Source: Phototrophicaceae bacterium (GTDB lineage: Bacteria; Chloroflexota; Anaerolineae; Aggregatilineales; Phototrophicaceae). From it: 64,000 nt of DNA. The stretch covers positions 2,370,871 to 2,434,870 of the forward strand of contig OZ220735.1 of NCBI GenBank assembly GCA_965116975.1. The letters run 5' to 3'. Every line of letters begins with the position of its first letter. Position 1 is the first letter of the stretch. A model generated the notes under the pieces. It ran no database searches. It was not told where the DNA came from and saw nothing but the letters and a program-made list of their open reading frames with translations. A program made the position numbers and the translations under genes. Positions 19,698 to 29,441 of this stretch are shown piece after piece.

Positions 19698-20728
19698 AGA
19701 ATATCCTGGTTACAGGTGGAGCCGGCTTCATCGGCAGCGCCTTTGTCCGCCACATGGTGGCAGCCTATCCCGACTATCGAATCATTTGCTATGACAAACT
19801 GACTTATGCCGGCAACCTGGACAATCTGCTTTCGGTCAGCGATGAAGTGAATTACCGCTTTGAACCGGGCGATATTGCCGATCGGCAAAGGGTCAAGTCG
19901 GTCCTGAACAAGCACAACATTGATACCATCGTGAACTTCGCTGCCGAAAGCCACGTCGACCGCAGCATTCTGGACCCCGACGCCTTCATTCATACTGATG
20001 TGGTCGGCGCGTATATTCTGCTGGACGAGGGGCGAAAACACGGGCTCGGGCGCTTCTGTCATGTCTCAACAGATGAAGTATATGGCGATATCGAATTGGG
20101 TCAGTCTACCGAAGACGATCGCTTTCTGCCCAACAGCCCCTATGCCGCCAGCAAAGCCGGGGGCGAACTGATGCTCCGCGCCTACCATGTCACTTATGGC
20201 ATGGATACGCTTGTCACGCGCGGCAGCAATACCTATGGTCCCTATCAGTATCCCGAAAAGCTCATCCCATTTTTCACGACAGAAGCGATCGACGACAGGC
20301 TCTTGCCGCTCTATGGCGATGGCAAACAGATACGCGACTGGCTCTATGTCGACGATCACGCTCGCGGCGTCGATTTCCTGCTGCACCATGGCAAGTCGGG
20401 CGAAGCCTACAATCTCGCGGGAGAGAACCAGCGCTTCAACATTGATGTCACCAAGCGCATTCTGGAATTGCTGGGCAAACCGCAGTCGCTGATCAAACAC
20501 GTGCCGGACCGCGAGGGGCACGATCGCCGCTATGCGATGAGCGCGGGCAAGGCGCGCCAGTTGGGCTGGGCGCGGCAGTACGACTTCGAGACGGGCTTGG
20601 AAGCGACGGTACGCTGGTACCTGGAAAACGAGTGGTGGTGGCGCAAGATCAAAACCGGCGCCTATCTCGACTATTATCAGCGGCAATATGCCGAGCGCCT
20701 CGCCGCCGACAAGCTGCCTAAAATCTAG
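19694..20728 (+). CDS. rfbB: dTDP-glucose 4,6-dehydratase
   Basis: 344 aa with ILVTGGAGFIGS, the catalytic YAASKAGGELM, and HVSTDEVYGD blocks. Confidence 0.95.
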   Translation: MKNILVTGGAGFIGSAFVRHMVAAYPDYRIICYDKLTYAGNLDNLLSVSDEVNYRFEPGDIADRQRVKSVLNKHNIDTIVNFAAESHVDRSILDPDAFIHTDVVGAYILLDEGRKHGLGRFCHVSTDEVYGDIELGQSTEDDRFLPNSPYAASKAGGELMLRAYHVTYGMDTLVTRGSNTYGPYQYPEKLIPFFTTEAIDDRLLPLYGDGKQIRDWLYVDDHARGVDFLLHHGKSGEAYNLAGENQRFNIDVTKRILELLGKPQSLIKHVPDREGHDRRYAMSAGKARQLGWARQYDFETGLEATVRWYLENEWWWRKIKTGAYLDYYQRQYAERLAADKLPKI

Positions 20729-20743
20729 CGCGCGGGTATCCCT

Positions 20744-21466
20744 TTGCAAGTTCAAAGACATTCGCAGAACCGGCGCGCTACACGAAGCTGCGGCATCGTC
20801 TTGATTGCGGCCGGCTTGCTCATTCTCGTCTTGGCCGCCGCCGTCCTTTATAGCCCGGCTTTGCCAAGCATCTTTTTGCGTGTCATTGGTTTTGAAGCCG
20901 TTCGCAGAACGCAAGCGCCAGTCACAGCAGAGGCGATCGCTACCTTGGCGAACGCGGCTGATGCTTCCCCGGTCACCTTCGTCACAAAAGATTTCGGTCG
21001 GCTGGCTCTGCCGCCAGGAATAGATCTTGAGCTTAGGGTCGGGGATGACGCCTTGGGAGACCGCGTCCTGCAAATCGTGCTAAGCGATTCGGACCTGCTC
21101 AACCTCTGCCTGCAATTCACCGGGTTTTGCGGTGATCGCGGCCGCCCAATAAGACGAGCGCAGATCAGCGCCACCGACGGCCTAGTCACAATCTCGGGCG
21201 AGGCTTTTCTTGACTTGATCAACGTCTGGCAAGCAATCGAAATTCATGTGCGGACAGATAGAGAAGACTTACTGAAGGTCGATAGTGTCACGCTTGGCGG
21301 AATCCGCTATGAACTGCCCGCCAATGCCCTGGGCAAAGGCATTCGGCAAATCGAAGCGACGATCGCGCATGTTGCAGAACAGCTACAGGCGGAGACCAGC
21401 AGCAGCATTTTCAGTTTCGCGGGTTTTGACCTGAGCGATAATCGGCTAGTCGCGAATTTTCGCTGA
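20744..21466 (+). CDS. Hypothetical N-terminally membrane-anchored protein
   Basis: 240 aa with a TTG start and one predicted TM helix (CGIVLIAAGLLILVLAAAVLY), followed by a soluble domain with no motif I recognise. It sits between rfbB and rfbD in the same orientation. Confidence 0.55.
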   Translation: MQVQRHSQNRRATRSCGIVLIAAGLLILVLAAAVLYSPALPSIFLRVIGFEAVRRTQAPVTAEAIATLANAADASPVTFVTKDFGRLALPPGIDLELRVGDDALGDRVLQIVLSDSDLLNLCLQFTGFCGDRGRPIRRAQISATDGLVTISGEAFLDLINVWQAIEIHVRTDREDLLKVDSVTLGGIRYELPANALGKGIRQIEATIAHVAEQLQAETSSSIFSFAGFDLSDNRLVANFR

Positions 21467-21505
21467 GGTTAGAATGAATCTTGTGCCTGGATAGCGACGA
21501 ATCCG

Positions 21506-22366
21506 ATGAGAATTCTAATCAGCGGCGCGGCCGGCAAACTGGGGTCGCGCTTAATCAAGCGGTTGCGCGGACATCACGAGGTGCTCACCGCGGATATCCT
21601 GGGCAATGTCGAGCATGTCCTGGACATCGAGGATTACGCGGCTTGTCGCCGCCTGGTCCAGGCTCTAGACCCAAGCATCGTTTTGCATACTGCCGCCTGG
21701 ACCGATGTCAATGGCTGCGCGCTTGACCCCGCGCGGGCGCTGCGCATTAACGGCATCGGCACGCACAATCTGGCCGTCTGCTGCGCAAATGCCGGCATTC
21801 CCATGTTATACATCAGCACAAACGAGGTCTTCGACGGCCGCCGCAGGCAGCCTTATCGCGAGTACGATTATCCCAACCCGCAGAACGCCTACGGTTATAG
21901 CAAGTGGCACGGCGAGCGCGCCTTGCTGCAAATCAACCCTCGCCACTACATTGTGCGCACAGCCTGGCTCTTCGCGCCTGGCGGCGGCAATTTCATGCAA
22001 GCTATCCTGGCGGCCGCGCAGGCGGGGGAGCCACTCCGAGTCGTCGCTAACGAAATCGCCAACCCCACCTATACGGCGGACTTGGCTGATGCGATTGCGC
22101 GCTTGATCGAGACAGAGCGTTACGGCGCCTATCATCTGGTCAATCAAGGCGCTGTTTCGCGTTGGCAGTTCGCGCGCTATGTTCTCGACCGGGTTGGTTT
22201 CTCCGACATGGCCATTGAGCCAATCACCCGGCAGCAGTGGCAGCGCCCGTCGCTGCCGCCCGAATACACGGCATTGGATAACATCGAAGCGCATAGCCTG
22301 GGCATTGGCTTGCGGTCCTGGCAAGAAGCCCTAGAGGCTTTTCTACAAGCCGAGGGCTATATTTAA
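21506..22366 (+). CDS. rfbD: dTDP-4-dehydrorhamnose reductase (RmlD family)
   Basis: 286 aa with MRILISGAAGKLGS, HTAAWTDV, STNEVFDG and YGYSKWHGE (the YxxxK catalytic motif). Confidence 0.9.
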   Translation: MRILISGAAGKLGSRLIKRLRGHHEVLTADILGNVEHVLDIEDYAACRRLVQALDPSIVLHTAAWTDVNGCALDPARALRINGIGTHNLAVCCANAGIPMLYISTNEVFDGRRRQPYREYDYPNPQNAYGYSKWHGERALLQINPRHYIVRTAWLFAPGGGNFMQAILAAAQAGEPLRVVANEIANPTYTADLADAIARLIETERYGAYHLVNQGAVSRWQFARYVLDRVGFSDMAIEPITRQQWQRPSLPPEYTALDNIEAHSLGIGLRSWQEALEAFLQAEGYI

Positions 22367-23319
22367 TGAGCCAAGGCAAGTTTTCAGTGGTGATTCCCAA
22401 CTGGAATGGCCGCCACTTCCTTGACGCCTGCCTCGAATCCCTTCAACAGCAATCGTATCGCGACATTGAGATTATTCTGGTGGACAACGCCTCGCATGAC
22501 GGCTCGCAGGCTCTTGTTCGCGACGCCTATCCACAGGTCCAACTGATCGCTTTGCCAGAAAACCGCGGCTTCACTGGCGCCTGCAATATCGGCATGCAAG
22601 CCGCCAGCGGCGACATCATCGCCCTGCTCAATAATGACACGCAAGTGGAAGTCAACTGGGTGGAGGCAATCGTCGCGGCCTTTCACAGCGAGCGGGAAGT
22701 AGGGATGGTAGCCAGCAAAATGCTGCTCTTTGACAAACGCGATCATTTTCACACCGCGGGCGACACTTTCGCGACTGACGGCAGCGCCGGCAACCGCGGC
22801 GCCTGGCAAGCGGATCTCGGTCAGTATGACCGCGCGGAATATGTCTTTGGCGCCTGCGGCGGCGCCGCAGCCTATCGCAAGTCAATGCTCGACGATATAG
22901 GTTTGCTTGATGACGATTTCTTTTTCTTGCTGGAAGACATTGACCTGGCTTGGCGCGCGCAGCTGGCGGGTTACAAAGCCTTGTACGCGCCTTCCGCCCT
23001 GGTCTATCATCACCTCTCGGCCAGTGGCGGCGGCACGACCGCAAGCTACTACGACGGACGCAATAGCATCTGGGTTCTGGTCAAGAACATGCCCGGCGCT
23101 TTGATGCGCAAGTACGCTGTTCAAATCCTCGGGCGGCAAGCCGCACTGGCTTGGCAGGCTCTGCGCGCCTGGCGCGGCGCCGCAGCGCGAGCGCGACTGC
23201 GCGGGACAGTTCGCGGTTTGCTTACAGTCGGCAGCGCCATACGCAAGCGAAGACAGATTCAGGCGAAAAAGGCGGTAAGCGATGCCTACATTGACAGCAT
23301 TCTAAGCCCGCCAAAGTGA
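22366..23319 (+). CDS. Glycosyltransferase family 2 (rhamnosyltransferase-like)
   Basis: 317 aa with FSVVIPNWNG...LVDNASHDGS, LLNNDT and EDIDLAWRA motifs of GT2 GT-A enzymes. Its ATG overlaps the rfbD stop. Confidence 0.88.
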   Translation: MSQGKFSVVIPNWNGRHFLDACLESLQQQSYRDIEIILVDNASHDGSQALVRDAYPQVQLIALPENRGFTGACNIGMQAASGDIIALLNNDTQVEVNWVEAIVAAFHSEREVGMVASKMLLFDKRDHFHTAGDTFATDGSAGNRGAWQADLGQYDRAEYVFGACGGAAAYRKSMLDDIGLLDDDFFFLLEDIDLAWRAQLAGYKALYAPSALVYHHLSASGGGTTASYYDGRNSIWVLVKNMPGALMRKYAVQILGRQAALAWQALRAWRGAAARARLRGTVRGLLTVGSAIRKRRQIQAKKAVSDAYIDSILSPPK

Positions 23320-23440
23320 AGAGTCGAGAGACTGTCGCGTGCTTCGTGGCGCTCTATTCCATGTACAATTATTGAAATAGACGTATCATTAAGCAGAGCC
23401 TTATAGATGTTGTCATAGCTAATTCAGGAGTCTTTTTTTT

Positions 23441-24187
23441 GTGAGCCAGCAAGCTTCGCCCTTCCTAAGCATAGTGATACCGGCGCATAACGAAGAGACT
23501 CGCTTGCCCCCCAGCCTGGCGCAAATCAATGCCTACCTGCAGCGGCAGGACTACGCCTTCGAGGTCATCATCGTTGAAAATGGCAGCGCAGACCGCACCT
23601 TTGCAGTCGCCAAGGAATTCGCCGACGCCTTCAGCCATATCCGCGTCATTCAGTCGCCTGACAATTTGCGCGGCAAGGGGCTGGCAGTCAAGCAGGGAAT
23701 GCTGGCGGCAAACGGCGAATGGCGCTTCATTTGCGATGCTGATCTGTCTATGCGTATCGAGGATATCGCCCGCTTCCTGCCACCGGCAAGCGCCGGATGC
23801 GATGTAATTATCGCCAGCCGAGAAGCGCCGGGCGCGCAAAGGGTGGATGAACCGGAATATCGCCACATGATCGGCAGAATAAACAACTGGATAATTAAGC
23901 TGGCCGCGCTTGACGACTTTGAGGACACGCAATGCGGATTCAAGATGTTTAGGCGTTCCGCGGCGCTGGATCTCTTCGGCGTACAGAAAATGAACGGCAT
24001 CGGCTTTGACGTCGAGCTGCTCTACATCGCCAAGCGCCGTGGCTACAAAATCAAAGAGGTGCCGATTACCTGGTATTACGATCCCTATTCAACTATGCGG
24101 CTATGGGATGACTCGGTCAACATGCTGCGCGAAATCTGGGAAATACGGCGAAACTGGCGTCGTGGAGACTATGAAAAGAGCGGCTAG
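23441..24187 (+). CDS. GT2 polyprenol-phosphate glycosyltransferase, soluble Alg5/Ppm1-like form
   Basis: 248 aa with a GTG start and the blocks LSIVIPAHNEE.RL, VIIVENGSADRT, GKGLAVKQG, CDADLS and QCGFKMF. It has no C-terminal TM helices. Confidence 0.8.
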   Translation: MSQQASPFLSIVIPAHNEETRLPPSLAQINAYLQRQDYAFEVIIVENGSADRTFAVAKEFADAFSHIRVIQSPDNLRGKGLAVKQGMLAANGEWRFICDADLSMRIEDIARFLPPASAGCDVIIASREAPGAQRVDEPEYRHMIGRINNWIIKLAALDDFEDTQCGFKMFRRSAALDLFGVQKMNGIGFDVELLYIAKRRGYKIKEVPITWYYDPYSTMRLWDDSVNMLREIWEIRRNWRRGDYEKSG

Positions 24188-24845
24188 AACGCCCAAGACC
24201 GCCAGCCTGCGCTTCGAGAAAGATTACTTCGCGGCTGGATACCGAGTCATCATTGGCATGGACGAAGCGGGTCGAGGTCCGCTGGCCGGTCCAGTCGCGG
24301 CGGGGGCTGTGGCGCTGCCCCTGCAACGAGATGACCTCGGCAAAATCCTGAAAGGAGCCCGCGACAGCAAAGAGATGAATGCTAGCCAGCGCCAAGCGGC
24401 GGATTTCGTCATTAAGGAAATCGCGCTGACCTGGGGCATCGGTCATAGCAGCGCGGCTGAGATTGACGCCACCGGCATCAGAAGCGCCACCAAGCTGGCC
24501 ATGCGGCGCGCGTTATGTGACGCGCTTGAGCGGGAGCCCGTCGCGCCGGACTGTTTGTTCCTCGACTATTTGCCCTGGCCCGAACAAGTCGATTACCCAA
24601 TGTGCTGCATAGTAAAAGGCGACAAACTTTCGCTGAGCATCGCCTGCGCCAGTGTCATCGCCAAGGACTGGCGCGACAAATACATGATTGCGCTGGAAGA
24701 ATCTTATCCGGAATATGGATTCGCCCAGAACAAAGGCTATGGCACAAGAGCCCATCTCGATGCCCTGAACCGACACGGTCCCTGCGAATATCACCGCGAG
24801 TCTTTCAAGCCTGTGCGCGATCTGTTGAGCGTCGAGACAGAATAG
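24171..24845 (+). CDS. rnhB: Ribonuclease HII
   Basis: Track ORF 24006..24845. ATG at 24171 (MKRAART...) gives 224 aa with the blocks GMDEAGRGPLAGPV, DSKEM and GYGT..H. It overlaps the preceding GT2 by 17 nt. Confidence 0.9.
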   Translation: MKRAARTPKTASLRFEKDYFAAGYRVIIGMDEAGRGPLAGPVAAGAVALPLQRDDLGKILKGARDSKEMNASQRQAADFVIKEIALTWGIGHSSAAEIDATGIRSATKLAMRRALCDALEREPVAPDCLFLDYLPWPEQVDYPMCCIVKGDKLSLSIACASVIAKDWRDKYMIALEESYPEYGFAQNKGYGTRAHLDALNRHGPCEYHRESFKPVRDLLSVETE

Positions 24846-24915
24846 GGTCAACAGCCATTAATGAACGCGCCCCGAACCTATGGTATTATTCGGCTCAGAT
24901 TAACTGGAGTTCGGC

Positions 24916-26073
24916 GTGAAGATTGCGCTTGTTCACGACTGGTTGAATCAAATCGGCGGCGCGGAAGACGTACTAGAGGTTTTGGTCCACAATTATCCAG
25001 CCAGCCCGATTTACACGAGCATTTTCGCGCCAGAGCTCATGCCGGAACGCTATCAACAATGGGATATACGCGCGCTATGGACCAATAATCTGCCCGCAAT
25101 TCATCGTCGCCATCAACCTTACCTGCCCTTATATCCGTTAGCTTGGAACGGGTTGCGCTTGGGGGAATTTGATGTGGTGCTGAGCAATAAAAGCGGCTTT
25201 TGTCACGGTCTGCGCTTTGCCGCCTCGGCAGTGCATATTTGTTATTGCCTCGCGCCCACGCGCTACGTCTGGCAACTCGATAACTATTTGGCAGGCGAGG
25301 GCTTGGGCAAGCTATCAGAGACGCTGATCCAGCCCCTCGTCAATCTGCTGCGCCGCTGGGACTATGCCGCTGCGCAACGTGTTTCGCATTTTATCGCCAT
25401 CAGCAGCGCGATACAGCAACGTATCAAGACCTTTTATGACCGTGAATCGAACATCATCTTCCCGCCCGTGGATACCTCGCGCTTTCAACCCGCGCTGCAG
25501 GCCGAAATTGAAGATTATTTTTTAGTCGTCTCTCGCTTGATTCCCTACAAGCGGATTGATCTCGCGATACAGGCTGCGAGCGAATTGAACCTGCCCTTGA
25601 AGATCGCGGGGCGTGGGCGCGATCTGGAACGGCTGCAGTCCCTGGCGGGTGAAAATGTCGAGTTTTTGGGTTACGTGCCAGATAAAGATCTGCCCCGGCT
25701 GATGTCCCGCTGCCGAGCGCTGCTGTTTCCCGGTTTGGAAGATTTTGGAATCAGCCCGGTGCAAGCGCAATCGGCCGGGCGGCCCGTCATCGCTTTCAAA
25801 GGCGGCGGGGCGCTGGATACGGTCTTGCCCGGTGTCAGCGGCGAACACTTCGACAGCATGACCGTAGACAGCCTGAAAGCCGTCATGGCGCGATTTGACG
25901 CCAGCGCGTACGAGCCCGCGACGATTCGTCAACACGCGCTCAAATTTGATACAGGCGTCTTCAGCCAGAAAATCAGCGCTTTTGTAGAACAAGCCTGGCA
26001 TGCGCATCGGACTGGCAGGGAATTCACTTGGCGAGATCCCCTTGCCGATGGGAGGGAAATCGCATGGAACTGA
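24916..26073 (+). CDS. Glycosyltransferase family 4 (GT-B)
   Basis: 385 aa with a GTG start. N-terminal MKIALVHDWL...GGAE and the C-terminal EDFGISPVQAQSAGRPVIA (E-x7-E region) are typical of GT4. Confidence 0.85.
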   Translation: MKIALVHDWLNQIGGAEDVLEVLVHNYPASPIYTSIFAPELMPERYQQWDIRALWTNNLPAIHRRHQPYLPLYPLAWNGLRLGEFDVVLSNKSGFCHGLRFAASAVHICYCLAPTRYVWQLDNYLAGEGLGKLSETLIQPLVNLLRRWDYAAAQRVSHFIAISSAIQQRIKTFYDRESNIIFPPVDTSRFQPALQAEIEDYFLVVSRLIPYKRIDLAIQAASELNLPLKIAGRGRDLERLQSLAGENVEFLGYVPDKDLPRLMSRCRALLFPGLEDFGISPVQAQSAGRPVIAFKGGGALDTVLPGVSGEHFDSMTVDSLKAVMARFDASAYEPATIRQHALKFDTGVFSQKISAFVEQAWHAHRTGREFTWRDPLADGREIAWN

Positions 26074-26741
26074 CCATGCTGACGCGCGCGCTTTTGCGCC
26101 GCTGGTGGCTGGTCGCCGCGCCGGTCGCGCTCAGCGTTGCGCTTGTGATCGCGGGCTTGATGGCGGAACCAACTAATGACGCCACAGGGTTCAGCGCGCA
26201 AATCAGATACAGCGCGGCGCAAGAATTTAACCTGCCCCAACGCGACGGCGATTATCAAGATGTCTGGCTGGCATCGGAATTCACAGTGAATGCCTTTACC
26301 GATTGGGTGCGCAGCGGCAGTTTTCGCGCTGAAATCGCCGGATGGCTGGCCGACCCCGCAATCGATCTGGCGCGCCTGAGCATCGCCGCCGACAACGCGC
26401 GCAGCATTGGCGTCATATACCTGAACCACAGTCAGGCGGAATCGCTGGCACGCATTGCCGAGGCGGCTATGGCTGTCTTGGCCAGCCGCAACCAGGCATA
26501 TTTCCCGCAACTCGGGGACCAGCCCGCGCAAGTTACGGTTCTCGACCAGCCCATCATCAGTCCAGCGCCGCCACCCTTGACGAATCGCCTGGCGCCAATT
26601 CTACGCCTAGCTGTCGGCTTGTTTATCGGTCTCGCGCTAGCATATATGGCTGAGTATTTCGACTTGCGGATTCACCACAAAGACGACCTGCGTAAGCTCG
26701 GCTTGCATGTTGTCGGCGCCATCCCGCGCCACCCGCATTGA
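26064..26741 (+). CDS. Wzz/PCP-2b-like polysaccharide co-polymerase (BY-kinase transmembrane modulator)
   Basis: Track ORF 26028..26741, with ATG at 26064 overlapping the GT4 stop. It has two TM helices (WWLVAAPVALSVALVIAGL and LAVGLFIGLALAYMAEYF) and the tail DDLRKLGLHVVGAIP typical of CapA/YwqC-type modulators. Confidence 0.7.
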   Translation: MELTMLTRALLRRWWLVAAPVALSVALVIAGLMAEPTNDATGFSAQIRYSAAQEFNLPQRDGDYQDVWLASEFTVNAFTDWVRSGSFRAEIAGWLADPAIDLARLSIAADNARSIGVIYLNHSQAESLARIAEAAMAVLASRNQAYFPQLGDQPAQVTVLDQPIISPAPPPLTNRLAPILRLAVGLFIGLALAYMAEYFDLRIHHKDDLRKLGLHVVGAIPRHPH

Positions 26742-26805
26742 ATCGGTCTAGGCTAGGGAGCGCCGGAGCCTGTCTCGGCAGGGCGGCGCAGCGGAGTTTC
26801 CAGAC

Positions 26806-27576
26806 ATGAACGGACAGTTTGACCTCAGCGGCAAGGTCGCGGTCGTGACGGGCGCGTCCCGAGGCATCGGCCGCGCCATAGCAGAGACCTTGGCTGGCGC
26901 AGGCGCAAAAGTCGCGCTTGCCAGCCGCAAGCAAGAGGCGCTAGATGAAGTAGCGGGATCAATCAACGAAACGGGCGGCGTCGCTGTCGCCATCGCAGCG
27001 CACAATGGCGACAAAGCAGCCTTGCAGGCGCTGGTCAGTGAAACGATTGAGCGCTTCGGCCGGCTCGACATCTTGGTGAACAACGCCGCGACCAATCCGC
27101 ATTTCGGCGCCATTCTCGAGGCGGACGACAGTTATTGGCGGAAGACGCTAGATGTCAATCTCATGGGCAATGTCTGGCTAAGTCAGGCTGCCGTGCGGCA
27201 CATGCGCGCGGGTGGTGGCGGGAAAATCATCAATATCGCCTCTGTCGTCGGCATAAACCCGGGACGATATCAAGGCATCTACAGCATCACCAAGGCCGGG
27301 CTTATCAGTTTGACAAAGACCCTGGCTCTTGAACTCGGTCCCGACAATATACAAGTGAACGCTGTGGCGCCCGGACTGATCCAGACCCAGTTCGCGCGCG
27401 CGCTATGGGCAAACGACGATCTAATGCGAGATGTTATCGCTAGCACACCGGCGGGAAGGATTGGTCAAGCGGCCGATGTCGCCGGTCTGGCGCTCTATCT
27501 GGCTTCACCAGCTTCAGACTTCACCACTGGCGGCGTCTTCGTTGTGGACGGGGGGATGACTTCAAGCGCTTTCTGA
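26806..27576 (+). CDS. SDR family oxidoreductase (FabG-like)
   Basis: 256 aa with VAVVTGASRGIGRAIA, NNAA and YSITKAGLISLTK (YxxxK). Confidence 0.9.
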   Translation: MNGQFDLSGKVAVVTGASRGIGRAIAETLAGAGAKVALASRKQEALDEVAGSINETGGVAVAIAAHNGDKAALQALVSETIERFGRLDILVNNAATNPHFGAILEADDSYWRKTLDVNLMGNVWLSQAAVRHMRAGGGGKIINIASVVGINPGRYQGIYSITKAGLISLTKTLALELGPDNIQVNAVAPGLIQTQFARALWANDDLMRDVIASTPAGRIGQAADVAGLALYLASPASDFTTGGVFVVDGGMTSSAF

Positions 27577-27680
27577 AACAGAATGACGCTTCATGCAAAG
27601 ACCGGATATGTCACCGGCAGAGGCAATCGTTCCGTTCAAAGTGGCTTGCACAATCAAAGCCATATAGGGGGAGTCCGCAG

Positions 27681-28271
27681 CTAGTCTTCAGTTTCGTCGC
27701 TTGTTTCGTCAACTTTAGTGCTGCTACCCTTTTCATCAAGGTCAGTGATTATGCCGGCCTCTTCGGCGTATTCCTCGCCGTCAATATGAAAAGACGCGCC
27801 GGAATCAACCAGCAGTGCGCCATCGTTATCCTGATTGATGGGCGGCTCGTCGGCCGGCGATTGTGTCGCTGAATGACCCTTCATCGTGATCTTGCCGTCG
27901 ATAAAGGCGCCTTCTTCCGTGGTCAGCGCCGCGGCGCTGATATCGCCCCAGATACGCCCGGTACGCAAGAGCTGCACTTTGTCCCCCGCCACGTTGCCGC
28001 GGACAGCGCCGGCAATGGAGATATTGCGGGCGTTGATATCGGCGCGGATCTCAGCCGATTCCCCAATTAGAATGTTGCCTTCAATCTCGAGCGAACCAGT
28101 GAATTTGCCGTCCATGCGCACATTGCCCGAACTGGTAAAACTGCCTTCAGTCTCGCTATTTGAGCCGATGACAGTGTCGAAGCCGACTGGCTGACCCACA
28201 GGCAGTACAGCCACCGCTTCTTGCAATTCAGCATCCGGCTGTCCCCGCCGTCCGGCGAAAAACGCGCTCAT
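27681..28271 (-). CDS. Bactofilin (polymer-forming cytoskeletal protein) with an acidic C-terminal tail
   Basis: 196 aa. The central beta-helical DUF583 pattern is G.F...GNVRMDGKFTGSLEIEGNILIGESAEIRADINARNISIAGAVRGNV...VQLLRTGRIWGDI. Confidence 0.85.
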   Translation of the reverse strand: MSAFFAGRRGQPDAELQEAVAVLPVGQPVGFDTVIGSNSETEGSFTSSGNVRMDGKFTGSLEIEGNILIGESAEIRADINARNISIAGAVRGNVAGDKVQLLRTGRIWGDISAAALTTEEGAFIDGKITMKGHSATQSPADEPPINQDNDGALLVDSGASFHIDGEEYAEEAGIITDLDEKGSSTKVDETSDETED

Positions 28272-28381
28272 GGCATCACCTCAAACCTAGCCTTGCGTAG
28301 CGAAACTATAGCTGCTGCAACGTAGGACCGCAATGCTAGTCAACCCGCAAGTCACACAATCTGGACCTGCGCAACTGTCCA

Positions 28382-29344
28382 TTAGCTGCTGGATTCACGC
28401 AGCCGGAAATGATCCAGCCGCGACAGCTCGCGCACTTGCTGCTCTGCCCGGTAACTGCTGCGTACCAGGGGACCGCTCTCGACCCATTTGAAGCCCATTT
28501 CCAGCCCGGCTTCCCGCAACTGGTCAAACTCTTCGGGCGTATAATATCGCTCGATAGGCAGATGACGCTTGCTCGGCTGCAAGTATTGCCCGACAGTCAA
28601 AATATCCACCCCGATATTCACTAAATCCCGCATCGTCTCCCGCGCTTCAGCCATTGTTTCGCCCAAGCCAAGCATGATGCCGCTTTTTGTTAAGACTAGC
28701 GGATCCATTGCCTTGGCATTGCTCAGGGTAGCGAGCGCCCATTCGTATTTGTCTTGCGGCTGCACTTTCTTGAACAAGCGGGCAACGGTTTCGACATTAT
28801 GGTTGAGGATTTCCGGCTGGGCTTCCATGACAATCTTCAAAGCCAGTTCACTGCCCTTGAAATCTGGAATCAGAACCTCAATCGAGCAGCCTGGCTGCAA
28901 TTGCCGGATCCTGCGGATGACCATGGCGAACAACGGCGCGCCGCCATCTGGGCGGTCGTCGCGGTTCACGCTGGTGATCACCACATGCTGCAACCCCATG
29001 GCGCGCACGCTTTCCGCCACACGGTTAGGCTCGCCCCAATCCAGCGGCTGCGGCAGCCCCGTCTTGATATCGCAGAATCCACAACTGCGCGTGCAGGTAT
29101 CGCCCAGCATCAAGAAGGTCGCCGTGCCGCGTCCCCAACATTCGCCGAGGTTGGGGCATTGCGCTTCTTCGCAGACTGTGTGCAAGGTCTTGCCGCGCAT
29201 CAGCGCTCGTACCTGCTCATAAGTCTCGCCACTCGGCGCTCGGACGCGGATCCAAGGCGGGCGGCGGCGCGGGCTTTTGGGATCAGGCTGCCAGCCATCG
29301 GCTGTGCTCACCGGTATCAGGTCCGGTTGGATCGTTTGTTTCAA
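28382..29344 (-). CDS. lipA: Lipoyl synthase
   Basis: 320 aa with the auxiliary cluster motif [12 protein letters not shown] and the radical-SAM motif CTRSCGFC. Confidence 0.96.
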   Translation of the reverse strand: MKQTIQPDLIPVSTADGWQPDPKSPRRRPPWIRVRAPSGETYEQVRALMRGKTLHTVCEEAQCPNLGECWGRGTATFLMLGDTCTRSCGFCDIKTGLPQPLDWGEPNRVAESVRAMGLQHVVITSVNRDDRPDGGAPLFAMVIRRIRQLQPGCSIEVLIPDFKGSELALKIVMEAQPEILNHNVETVARLFKKVQPQDKYEWALATLSNAKAMDPLVLTKSGIMLGLGETMAEARETMRDLVNIGVDILTVGQYLQPSKRHLPIERYYTPEEFDQLREAGLEMGFKWVESGPLVRSSYRAEQQVRELSRLDHFRLRESSS

Positions 29345-29441
29345 AGCGCTGCTCCATTATCTCAAGGGTCGCTGACTGCGTAACGCGAACTTCATTATAC
29401 AGCAAGCGCGCCCAGGTTAGCTATGAAATATGGCTTTCGTG

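Noticed and set aside
24006-24170. A 55-codon N-terminal extension of the RNase HII ORF
   Set aside because: The extension lies entirely within the 3' end of the preceding GT2 gene in another frame and has no RNase HII similarity. The ATG at 24171 gives a normal-length RnhB.
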